DNA of 48,335 bases, taken from the IMG/VR virus record IMGVR_UViG_3300017914_002150, positions 1 to 48,335 of that record. The stretch is one strand, 5' to 3'. The notes beneath the pieces were generated by a model. It was not told the origin of the DNA. It worked only from the letters and a program-made list of their open reading frames with translations, and searched no databases. The position numbers were made by a program, and so were the translations under genes. Source of the stretch: a virus. Taxonomy: Duplodnaviria > Caudoviricetes. The stretch's first letter is position 1. Each line of letters opens with the position of its first letter. Shown here piece by piece: positions 18,819 through 27,258 of this stretch.

Positions 18819-21800
18819 TTATTTTGCTTTTATATCAAAGTCCGTACTTGCTCCAGTATATAATAGGTCATAGCTACTAGAACAGCTTGATCCAATCACT
18901 AAATTTCTTATAGTTATTGTATATGCAGTACTATTAAAATTGTGCAGATATGCTTCAGCTGAACCTGCTGCTCCTGTAGTTTCACATGACAATTCAGATT
19001 GATTTGCAGTAACTACAAAGTCAACGTCTACTGTATACCAAGTGTCTAGGCTTGGATTAGATACAGATGTAAGCCACTCCATAACCTTGGTCATGTTTGC
19101 ATCATTGTTGGCATCGCTAAGAGGACAATAAAATGTAGAACAGTTTGCGGTTCCATCTGCAACTGCATTTCCACTAAAATAACCAACACTATTATAGTTT
19201 GGTCTTAAACGAATCCTTTCATTACTAGAACCATCAGACTGGACATAATCAGCTAAATAAGAACCTGCTACATTCAGGAATGGATTAGTTGTGGTGCTTG
19301 TGGTAGGTATTAAAGTTGTAGTTGGTTCTAAAGTTGTTGTTGGCTCTAGAGTTGTTGTTGGCAATAGTGTGGTACTTGTCGTTGGTGCAATAGTCGTAGT
19401 AGATGTATTAATGTAGTCTGTATTCCAGCTATTATGATAATAGAAAACATCTTGTTCACAATCATATCTACCTATAACCATAGCGTCTTCATATCTGACG
19501 ATTATTATGTTTGTAATTCGCTCAACTTGATTTACAGTACCTATTTGTAAAAATGCAAAATAGTTGTCTAAATTCAATCCTTGGAAAGAATTAGACCCAC
19601 CACTAAAATTAATACCTGATGCATTGTAAGAAACTTTTGTACCTGGTAATGGACCTGAATAACCATTATCAACACCAAAGTAACCTCCTGCATGCTGATA
19701 TGCCATGCCAGCAATCGCATATTGGTCAGTTATAAATCCACACCATGTATCTCTTAGATTTATTATGTCTTCTTGCGTAGGATGATTTCTAAAGTTTATT
19801 CTTTTATGCCAGCCAGTTGAACTAAGTTGAGTCTGTAGTGTTTGATCAAACAACTCCATATCTAAATTTGTGCTCGGTGTTGTAAACTCAACAAATCGTT
19901 CTTGTATTTTGACTTCGAAACAGGCATTTGCATCATAATCAGCGTCTAATGGATATGCATCTATGTTGTCTGGAGTACCATCACCATCATCATCTGTATC
20001 TAAATAATCTGGTATTCCATCACCATCTGTATCTATTGTAGAAGTTGTAGTTGTAGGTTGTATTGTTGATGTACTAGACGTTGGTATTGCTGTAGTAGAG
20101 CTTGTAGAAGTTGGTGCAATAGGACAATTTACATCCACAGTCCAAGCAGTACCTGCAAGCGGTGCATATACTTCTATATCCAAATATCTATAAGAAGTGT
20201 TTTTATAATATCTTATTTGAAGCGCATCTTGCTTGTTAGTTATAGTTTCCGTATCTAAACCTGCATTAGTAAGATACGTATCTAGCTGTGATTGATATGT
20301 TACACTACCTATGTATCCTGTGTCGTATACAACAGATCCTAATCTTTTTACAATAAACTTATCTGGAACCTGTGAAGCTTGTACTGACATGTTAACCCAC
20401 CCTAGTCCATACCCTAAGTCAACTCTTAATAAAGATGGGAACGCTTGACCACTTGAATAAGACCACTGAGCTGGACAAGACTGTAAACTATATGTAAGTG
20501 TCGTTGTAGGCACACTAGGATTAAGAGTTGTTGTAGAGGTAGAAGTAGTTGTTTGCAAACAAGATATAACATCTAACACCTCACCATCATCAGCTATTTG
20601 TATGAGCTGTTTTTCGTATTGAATAGGTGAGTTAGGATATGTTAAGTAAGGGGTCATTATAAACCATGCAGATGTACTATCCTCTTCAACAGCTCCATTA
20701 AATTCATTATGAGACATGGTTTTCACATAATCACCAACTGTAGGCATTGTGCCTGTGCCAGTGTGTCTAAGTTTTTTTATGTAATATGTAGCACTACAAA
20801 GAGACGGTAGTGACCACTGTGTAGAACCCCCATAAGTTGTAGCAATCTCATGAGATTCCTGAGAATACCACATATAACCATAAGCGTCAGCTCCAAGGTA
20901 AAAAGTATCAAGAGTAGTTGTTGACGATGTTGGTGGCACTGTAGTGGTTGGCACTGCTGTAGTTGTGCTCGTAGTCGGTTGCAGTGTAGTAGATGTTGTA
21001 GATGACGTGGTTGACGAGGTTGGTGTTATCGTAGATGTACTTGTCGTTGTAGGCTCAATAGTTGTAGATGTAGTTGGTGTTGCTGTTGTACTGGATGTTG
21101 TTGGCGTTAAGGTTGTGCTTGTTGTCGTTCCAGGACATGCAGGACATACAGTAGTTACATATCCACTACTATTTACCCTAATAGCATATTCCACATAACC
21201 ATATCCACTATTAACTCTTACAGCGTAATACAAGTTACCTCCATACATAGGAGCATTTGTTGACGTAACATATATTCTATCTCCAACTACTGGTAAGCTA
21301 CTTCCGTTAAAATAAACACTATAGTTAAAGTGTGTAAACACATCGCAGGTTGCAGCACAATTTACAAATAGAGATCCATTTCCATAGTTGTCACGGCTAC
21401 CCAGGTGTATGGTTGTTCTAAGAGTTGTGGTTGGCTCTGCTGTAGTAGTTGTAGTTGGCTCTGCTGTAGTGGTTGTAGTTGGCTCTAAAGTTGTTGTTGG
21501 TTCCAGAGTAGTTGTAGGCTCAATTGTAGTGCTTGAAGTTGGTGGTGTCGTTGTAGTAGTTGTTGGACACGGACCAAACATAGATACTATTTCTCCATAA
21601 TTATTAATTTTTGCAGTATAATTTATTGGAGCACAAGTGAAACCTGGACCACCGATCTTTAATGCGACATGATAAGCACCTGTTGCTGCTCCAGATGTAA
21701 GTTGTTGATCTTGATAAACAAAGTCTCCTATTTGTGGTTCAGCACCACTACCAACCCAATAGTAGTCATTGGTAAAATAAAAAGCATCGAAATTACAATA

Positions 21801-23525
21801 ATTTGATGCACTCACCCTTGTGCTACTAGTACTGCCATCTATACAAATATTAGCACCTAACTTAACAATACGATAATTACCACTAAATGTTGTTGTACTT
21901 GTTGTTGGCTGAATTGTAGTAGTGGGCAATAATGTTGTAGTTGGCTCAAGAGTTGTTGTTGGTTCTACTGTTGTGCTAGTAGTTGTGCTTGTTAATTCTG
22001 AACATGTCGATATGCTTTGGATTACACCAGAATCATCAATACCAAAGACTAATTCGTCTTGAGAAACACCACAGCTTCCTGATGTCGTTACATATCTAAT
22101 ACCTCCAGTAACTCCATGAGACATTACGTTTCTATTCTTGTCTTGTATTGTGTCTCCAATCTGTGGTATTACAAAAGTCCCTACATAATAACCAGTAACT
22201 ATAGTTGTGTTTACAGAACAGGCAGTTGTAATGTCTTGACTATACACTGGAGTTTCAGATGTCTCGTAATAACATATTTCTTTCGGGGCCTGCGTGGTTG
22301 TTGAAGTCGTTGTAGGTTCTAGTGTCGTTGTTGTTGGCTGTATTGTCGTAGTTGTACTAGAGGTTGTCGTGCTTGTAGTTGGTTCTAAGGTAGTACTTGT
22401 AGTCGGTTGTAGAGTGGTACTCGTAGTCGGCTGTAATGTAGATGAAGTCGTTGCTGGTCTTGTTGTTGTGCTTGTAGTTGGCTGTATTGTAGTTGTTGAA
22501 GATGTACTTGTAGAGGTTGTTGTTGTACTACAAGTATATGCGTCTATTACGTAACCTTGGTTGTTAACCTTAATACCACTTTGCTGTGAATTGGATATAT
22601 TGTATGGACCTACAGCAAACCAACAATTACCACCTTGTAATATAATACCGTTTGTTCTCCTTATTCTGTCACCAATAATTGGCAAAGAATTAGTACCATT
22701 GTGACATGCTTGAAACAACATTCTTGTTGCTGAAGAACATGCGCCAGAACCTGACGAAAAACAATAAGGAGTTTCACCAAAACCTGTACCAATGTAAAAA
22801 TCATTGCATATAGGTGTTGTTGTTGTTGATGTTGTACTGCTTGTAGAACTTGTACTTGTTGTACTACTAGTAGTTGTCGTGCTACTTGTTGTTGTAGATG
22901 AAGTACTAGTTGTCGTACTGCTTGTTGTTGACGAAGTACTTGTAGTACTCGTAGTTGGTATGCTTGGATCTTGTGTGGTTGTACTAGTTGTTGAACTTGT
23001 TGTAGTACTACTTGTTGTAGTGCTACTTGTAGAGGTACTACTTGTACTAGTCGTAGTAGAACTTGTGCTAGTAGTGCTCGAAGTACTAGATGTAGATGAT
23101 GTACTAGAAGTGCTTGTTGTAGAAGTGGATGTCGTTGTGCTAGAAGTTGGAGGAACACATGATGTTTTTTCTGACACCGTACCATTAAAGGCAATCTTCA
23201 TAGTGTGTGTCTGACTTCTAGGCTGAGACGTTTCAGATATTGCGTAGTAATAGTTGAAGCCAACAAACACAGTACCATCTAATTTATAGATCGTGTCACC
23301 GTCTTCTGGTAGTGATCCAGTTCCGTTGTGACAAAGCTGTTGTAACGTGTGATCTGTATTACCGCAGGCATCAACGTTTGTTGTGTAGAATTCTATTTGT
23401 CCGTTTTCATCAGTGCTTATAAAGAACGGATTACATACAAACTGCGTAGTGGTGCTTGTGGTTTGGTTTTGATCGAGTGTAGTGGATGTTGTTAAAAGAG
23501 GAAGTGTAGTACTGGTAGTAGTATC
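18819..23525 (-). CDS. Mucin-like adhesin extension of the muzzle protein, out of frame by 1 nt at a T11 run; Cys-bounded repeat domains separated by Thr/Ser/Pro tracts
   Basis: The frame of ORF 18819..23270 stays open upstream through 23525 (DTTTSTTLPLLTTSTTLDQNQTTSTTTQFVCNPFFISTD...CHNGTGSLPEDGDTIYKLDGTV), so the GTG at 23270 is mid-domain. Has six 'C..G.G..P..GD......I...G.V....C' domains and a TSP3-like Ca motif. Confidence 0.8.
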   Translation of the reverse strand, partial: DTTTSTTLPLLTTSTTLDQNQTTSTTTQFVCNPFFISTDENGQIEFYTTNVDACGNTDHTLQQLCHNGTGSLPEDGDTIYKLDGTVFVGFNYYYAISETSQPRSQTHTMKIAFNGTVSEKTSCVPPTSSTTTSTSTTSTSSTSSTSSTSSTTSTSSTTTSTSSTSTSSTTTSSTTTSSTTSTTTQDPSIPTTSTTSTSSTTSSTTTSTSSTTTSSTTTTSSTTSTSSTSSTTSTTTTPICNDFYIGTGFGETPYCFSSGSGACSSATRMLFQACHNGTNSLPIIGDRIRRTNGIILQGGNCWFAVGPYNISNSQQSGIKVNNQGYVIDAYTCSTTTTSTSTSSTTTIQPTTSTTTRPATTSSTLQPTTSTTLQPTTSTTLEPTTSTTTSSTTTTIQPTTTTLEPTTTSTTTQAPKEICYYETSETPVYSQDITTACSVNTTIVTGYYVGTFVIPQIGDTIQDKNRNVMSHGVTGGIRYVTTSGSCGVSQDELVFGIDDSGVIQSISTCSELTSTTTSTTVEPTTTLEPTTTLLPTTTIQPTTSTTTFSGNYRIVKLGANICIDGSTSSTRVSASNYCNFDAFYFTNDYYWVGSGAEPQIGDFVYQDQQLTSGAATGAYHVALKIGGPGFTCAPINYTAKINNYGEIVSMFGPCPTTTTTTPPTSSTTIEPTTTLEPTTTLEPTTTTTAEPTTTTTAEPTTTLRTTIHLGSRDNYGNGSLFVNCAATCDVFTHFNYSVYFNGSSLPVVGDRIYVTSTNAPMYGGNLYYAVRVNSGYGYVEYAIRVNSSGYVTTVCPACPGTTTSTTLTPTTSSTTATPTTSTTIEPTTTSTSTITPTSSTTSSTTSTTLQPTTSTTTAVPTTTVPPTSSTTTLDTFYLGADAYGYMWYSQESHEIATTYGGSTQWSLPSLCSATYYIKKLRHTGTGTMPTVGDYVKTMSHNEFNGAVEEDSTSAWFIMTPYLTYPNSPIQYEKQLIQIADDGEVLDVISCLQTTTSTSTTTLNPSVPTTTLTYSLQSCPAQWSYSSGQAFPSLLRVDLGYGLGWVNMSVQASQVPDKFIVKRLGSVVYDTGYIGSVTYQSQLDTYLTNAGLDTETITNKQDALQIRYYKNTSYRYLDIEVYAPLAGTAWTVDVNCPIAPTSTSSTTAIPTSSTSTIQPTTTTSTIDTDGDGIPDYLDTDDDGDGTPDNIDAYPLDADYDANACFEVKIQERFVEFTTPSTNLDMELFDQTLQTQLSSTGWHKRINFRNHPTQEDIINLRDTWCGFITDQYAIAGMAYQHAGGYFGVDNGYSGPLPGTKVSYNASGINFSGGSNSFQGLNLDNYFAFLQIGTVNQVERITNIIIVRYEDAMVIGRYDCEQDVFYYHNSWNTDYINTSTTTIAPTTSTTLLPTTTLEPTTTLEPTTTLIPTTSTTTNPFLNVAGSYLADYVQSDGSSNERIRLRPNYNSVGYFSGNAVADGTANCSTFYCPLSDANNDANMTKVMEWLTSVSNPSLDTWYTVDVDFVVTANQSELSCETTGAAGSAEAYLHNFNSTAYTITIRNLVIGSSCSSSYDLLYTGASTDFDIKAK
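19945..20035 (-). repeat. Thrombospondin type-3-like Ca-binding acidic repeat
   Basis: DTDGDGIPDYLDTDDDGDGTPDNIDAYPLD. Confidence 0.7.
22812..23152 (-). repeat. Longest Thr/Ser low-complexity tract (~110 codons)
   Basis: PPTSSTTTSTSTTSTSSTSSTSST...TTTTP encoded by varied ACN/AGY/TCN codons. Similar tracts lie at ~19285-19405, 20040-20120, 20500-20555, 20915-21130, 21420-21565, 21895-21990, 22290-22530 and 23450-23630. Confidence 0.9.
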
Positions 23526-23538
23526 AAAAAAAAAAATC
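23523..23538 (-). other. T11 homopolymer / UUU-UGA frameshift site
   Basis: Minus strand reads GAT TTT TTT TTT TGA TAC; removing one T gives D F F F D T T T and fuses the two ORFs. Confidence 0.85.
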
Positions 23539-26500
23539 CGTAGTCGTACTCGTTGTTGGCTGCTCCGTTGTTGTGCTAGTTGTCGGCTCTAGTGTTGTAG
23601 AGCTCGTACTCGTAGTACTTGTTGGCGGTGCGTCATCATCGTAAATTAATTCGCACTCAATAGTATCTGGTCGCCACTCTGTATATGACTCCTGAAGAGA
23701 CAAAATAAACTCTCTAGTGTGTGGGTCATAACCCCCTAATATTCTTTTTGATGCGTCTGGTTTTAATCTATCTCTAAACCAGTCATTCATACCAAAGTCA
23801 GAAATCTGTTCTATTCCGTCTCTTGAAAGCCTGCATACTGATCCTCTTTTTTCGTCTACGAAATATATTCTAGTACCCCAAAGAACAACACTAAAAGGAT
23901 GTCTATTTACACCAAACTCTCCTGAATATGCAACTACAGTTCCTAGTATATCAGCTGTGGACGAAACATTTCCTGAACCATCTGCATTATACAGTACGTT
24001 TTTATTAATAAGGACACGACTTACCCTGTTTTGCTGGAAAACAATTAGATCTGTGTCTCGTGGTATTATCTTATTAATAGCACCATACTTATCGTCAAGA
24101 TCTTTGTAGTTTATTTCTGCTAAATTAAAATCATTTAACCCATTAACTTTTGTGGATTGCTCGTATACACCACTATAGGTTAGAGATGATACTCTAAATG
24201 ACTTTTTGTAGTCAGTAATATTACTAAGTGGTCTATTTTCTAACTTGTAGGCAGGTGCATTAAATAAGTCTCTAATCTTAAAACTCTCTACACAATTACC
24301 GAATGCCCATATATTATAGAATGGTATTGTTATAGATGCAGCCGTAGTGTTGTCTTGGTTTGTATTCCCAGAGTGATATCCTTGGCTAGTTATATCCCAA
24401 GTAAAAGGAACTTCATAAAACAATGATGAAACATCTTCTTTTGGTTTTGTCTCAAAACACAACTCATCTAAAGAAGTTCTTTTTGTAACTCTTATCTTAC
24501 TATCTATTTTAACTCTAGCGTCAACGTCATTATTTTGAGTTCCCTCACTTTCAATAATCATGTGTAAGGGCTCAGTATCGCCTCTAGCTGCGTCTAAATC
24601 TGTGCTGCTTGAGTCGTATACACCACGCTCAAAGAATATTCTGTCGTCTGTAAAACCAGCTGTTTCTAAAGTATTTTTAACACCGCTTTTAAAATACCAC
24701 TCCTCTATATTATCGTAGTTGTCATCAGAGATAAATTCGTTAGCATAAAACTGTTCGTATTCATTATACTCATCATACTCTATGTATATTTTTGTACCAA
24801 CACGTATGCTCTCATCTTCTACAGGCAACCCTTTAAATACAGCAAAAGCCTTACTGTTTCTCCGATATGACGGACTAGCTGGCTTTAATGTTGCATTCCA
24901 TAAGTCAGATGTATCGTGACCTGTAGATGCAGCAAAGTCTACAGTAATTCCATCTGCAAGTGTTATAGGTGTACCTGGCGTTATTGTTACTCCAGTCGCT
25001 GACTGGCCAGAGGTACTACCATCATCTAAATAATCTATAGACCAAGAAAAACTGTCGTGTGTTGTTGATCCGTCTCCAGTACCATCTATAGAAATTTCCA
25101 ACCTAGCATAAACATTTCCAGAATAAGTTCCTGCAACTGTTATATCGTCTCCAGCCGTAGAAGTACTTCCATAATAAAATGGACCAGTTACTTTAGCTGC
25201 AAGGTTTTCATAGTTATTGAGCGGATCATCTCTCCTGTTTGACGAGTCATCGTAATCCTCATTAGAATACGTTGTATAATCAGACTCGTTCATCCTATAG
25301 CCCACAGGCTTGATGACCATGTAGGTTCCAGATAATTGTGCTATAGCAGGATCATCTTGTCCAGGATAATCACTATTTTCTAAAAAGTTTACTTCTTGTT
25401 TTTCAATAGATAGCACCTTAGTTTCTACTAAAGTATCTTTTTTCCCTACAGTATCAGACTTTACTATAAGAAAGTCTCCAGCCTTTACCTTGTCAATATC
25501 CGTAGCATTTAACAATACATGTATATTCCCAGTATTATCATCTTTGTAGAAAGTTGTTGGAAGTATTGTGTGGTAGTCTGTTTTCGTTTGTTTTACAAAA
25601 ACTCTAAAGTTTGTTGCGAACTTAGGAGGCAAATGGTTTATAGTAACCGTTAGATCTGTTTGTTTATCAGACGCAGAAGCAGGCACATATGTTGTGTTAT
25701 TCTCACTAGTAAGCACAGTTGTAGATCGGCCGAACTGATCTAAATAAACTAGACCTATCTCGTAATCCCTGTTAGACTTGACTGAAGTATACTTATCTCC
25801 TATGTTAGCGTCCTCTACATCAGTAGAAGTATGTCCTGCCGTAAAGTCTAAAGTTATGTCTTCACCGTTGCAATTTACTAAGTCGTAGTTTTCAGTATAA
25901 TTCCCGTAGACCAACCTATTCCCTATAAGGTTTTGAGTTTTAGCTGTAAGAGGTACGTTATCGTAATATCTTCTTAACTCTCTTGGATCTAATACACTAT
26001 ATATTTTACTGTTGTCAAACGTAATTGACTGTAAACTGTTATCTGCCCAGTTCTTTTTACTTTTATTAAACTCTTCTACAACAAATAGCGTTTCATCTCC
26101 TGCAACCTTAAATACAACTTGTACATGCGTTACCTTATCACTACCAACATTGAAGTTTACAGTAGCTTGGTTTATGCTGTTAAGCATAGATTCGTTAGAG
26201 CCTTGCTGATAATCAAAGTTAAAATTGTAAGGACTAAACGCTACTTGACTGAAGGGAGATAGTGGTGAAAACTCTCCAAGCTTGTATTTATATCTATACG
26301 CAAAGTAAACGTACTTTTCTTTGAGGTTGTTTTCTTGTGATTGTGTAGAAGCTTGAAGTGTCAGCGTAGGTGGATGTAATGGTGGAGCCACAATTACTGT
26401 AACATCTTCTAAGGCAAAAGAGCTGTCTGCCCATGTTTTTGCGTCATTTACCTCTATTCTTTTAGGTTGTGTTACACCGTCTGTAAAAAACAAAAGAATA

Positions 26501-27258
26501 CGATCATTGTCGCTGTCGTATATGAGGTTTGACTCTATGTAATTTGACTTAGAGAAATTTAATATGTTGGCATTTCCTGAACGTGTATCTTTTAACACAA
26601 TAGAAGAAACACCATTATCCTTATCATACTCAGCTATATAAGAGCCATCATCAGACCTTACAAACCACCAAACCTTATTTAAAGTGTCGTCAGCTAACGA
26701 ACCAATAGTTACTGGATTGTTGCCAAAATCTAATACTGTTGCTGTGCTACATATTTGTTTGTACACAAAAGCATTAGGCTCTGTCATTGTATCGTGGTGC
26801 TGACAGTCTATACTAATAGTATCAAAATCAGATTTTATCTTTAATACAACTGTACCTGAGTAAAATGTGTCACCATTTATTTCGTTTGTTGTTGTTGCGC
26901 TAGTAACCTCGTAAGAGTCTGCATTTCCATTATAAAATCTAATAGGGTGCCCACTATCTACATTAAAAGTGTAATTACCTACTCCTAAATAATAAGGTGC
27001 ATTATCATGTAAGTTTTCTCCATTAAATAAATATGATCCTCCATTGCCAGTAACAGTGACATTACGTACCATACAAGTGTCGGTACCTACAGTCAAAGAT
27101 GAGTTTGACAGAGCGTTTTCCATCGCCCCCATACCTGAACCAGCAGAAGTAAGTACATTTGCATTTAATGCATCTCTATATTCACCCTGCTGTACAAGAC
27201 GCTCATCTGCGTCTTTATTCATTTTTCCTGCCTGGAAAATGTTTTTAGCTTTTGCCAT
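23524..27258 (-). CDS. Tail stabilisation/muzzle protein (P22 gp10 / T7 gp12-like), N-terminal part (1244 aa)
   Basis: 'F.AGKMNKDADERLV..GEYRDALN', 'FAYRYKY..GE.SP.SPF', 'YYDNVPLTAKTQ..IGNRLVYGNY', 'KSNRDYEIGLVYLDQFGR' and 'YFVDEKRGSVCRLSRDG..ISDFGM', ending at 'GGYDPHTREFILS' before a Thr-rich tract. Confidence 0.8.
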   Translation of the reverse strand: MAKAKNIFQAGKMNKDADERLVQQGEYRDALNANVLTSAGSGMGAMENALSNSSLTVGTDTCMVRNVTVTGNGGSYLFNGENLHDNAPYYLGVGNYTFNVDSGHPIRFYNGNADSYEVTSATTTNEINGDTFYSGTVVLKIKSDFDTISIDCQHHDTMTEPNAFVYKQICSTATVLDFGNNPVTIGSLADDTLNKVWWFVRSDDGSYIAEYDKDNGVSSIVLKDTRSGNANILNFSKSNYIESNLIYDSDNDRILLFFTDGVTQPKRIEVNDAKTWADSSFALEDVTVIVAPPLHPPTLTLQASTQSQENNLKEKYVYFAYRYKYKLGEFSPLSPFSQVAFSPYNFNFDYQQGSNESMLNSINQATVNFNVGSDKVTHVQVVFKVAGDETLFVVEEFNKSKKNWADNSLQSITFDNSKIYSVLDPRELRRYYDNVPLTAKTQNLIGNRLVYGNYTENYDLVNCNGEDITLDFTAGHTSTDVEDANIGDKYTSVKSNRDYEIGLVYLDQFGRSTTVLTSENNTTYVPASASDKQTDLTVTINHLPPKFATNFRVFVKQTKTDYHTILPTTFYKDDNTGNIHVLLNATDIDKVKAGDFLIVKSDTVGKKDTLVETKVLSIEKQEVNFLENSDYPGQDDPAIAQLSGTYMVIKPVGYRMNESDYTTYSNEDYDDSSNRRDDPLNNYENLAAKVTGPFYYGSTSTAGDDITVAGTYSGNVYARLEISIDGTGDGSTTHDSFSWSIDYLDDGSTSGQSATGVTITPGTPITLADGITVDFAASTGHDTSDLWNATLKPASPSYRRNSKAFAVFKGLPVEDESIRVGTKIYIEYDEYNEYEQFYANEFISDDNYDNIEEWYFKSGVKNTLETAGFTDDRIFFERGVYDSSSTDLDAARGDTEPLHMIIESEGTQNNDVDARVKIDSKIRVTKRTSLDELCFETKPKEDVSSLFYEVPFTWDITSQGYHSGNTNQDNTTAASITIPFYNIWAFGNCVESFKIRDLFNAPAYKLENRPLSNITDYKKSFRVSSLTYSGVYEQSTKVNGLNDFNLAEINYKDLDDKYGAINKIIPRDTDLIVFQQNRVSRVLINKNVLYNADGSGNVSSTADILGTVVAYSGEFGVNRHPFSVVLWGTRIYFVDEKRGSVCRLSRDGIEQISDFGMNDWFRDRLKPDASKRILGGYDPHTREFILSLQESYTEWRPDTIECELIYDDDAPPTSTTSTSSTTLEPTTSTTTEQPTTSTTTDFFF

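Noticed and set aside
20944-23214. Val-rich plus-strand ORFs (20944, 21388, 22294, 22804) and the Gln/Leu/Val-rich minus-strand ORF 22661..23194
   Set aside because: These are shadow frames of the Thr/Ser codon tracts (the antisense of ACN/AGY runs lacks stops), with no independent coding signal.
23268-23270. GTG start given for the 1483-aa ORF
   Set aside because: It falls in the middle of the first Cys-bounded repeat, and the frame is open and coding-like upstream to the T11 run.
19285-23630. CRISPR-like or tandem DNA repeat array
   Set aside because: The repeats are degenerate codon-level low complexity inside a CDS, with no constant repeat plus unique spacers.
13665-23740. Intein or self-splicing intron explaining the split muzzle
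   Set aside because: I saw no intein terminal motifs (C/S...HN), homing endonuclease or intron-like non-coding sequence; the intervening DNA is fully protein coding.
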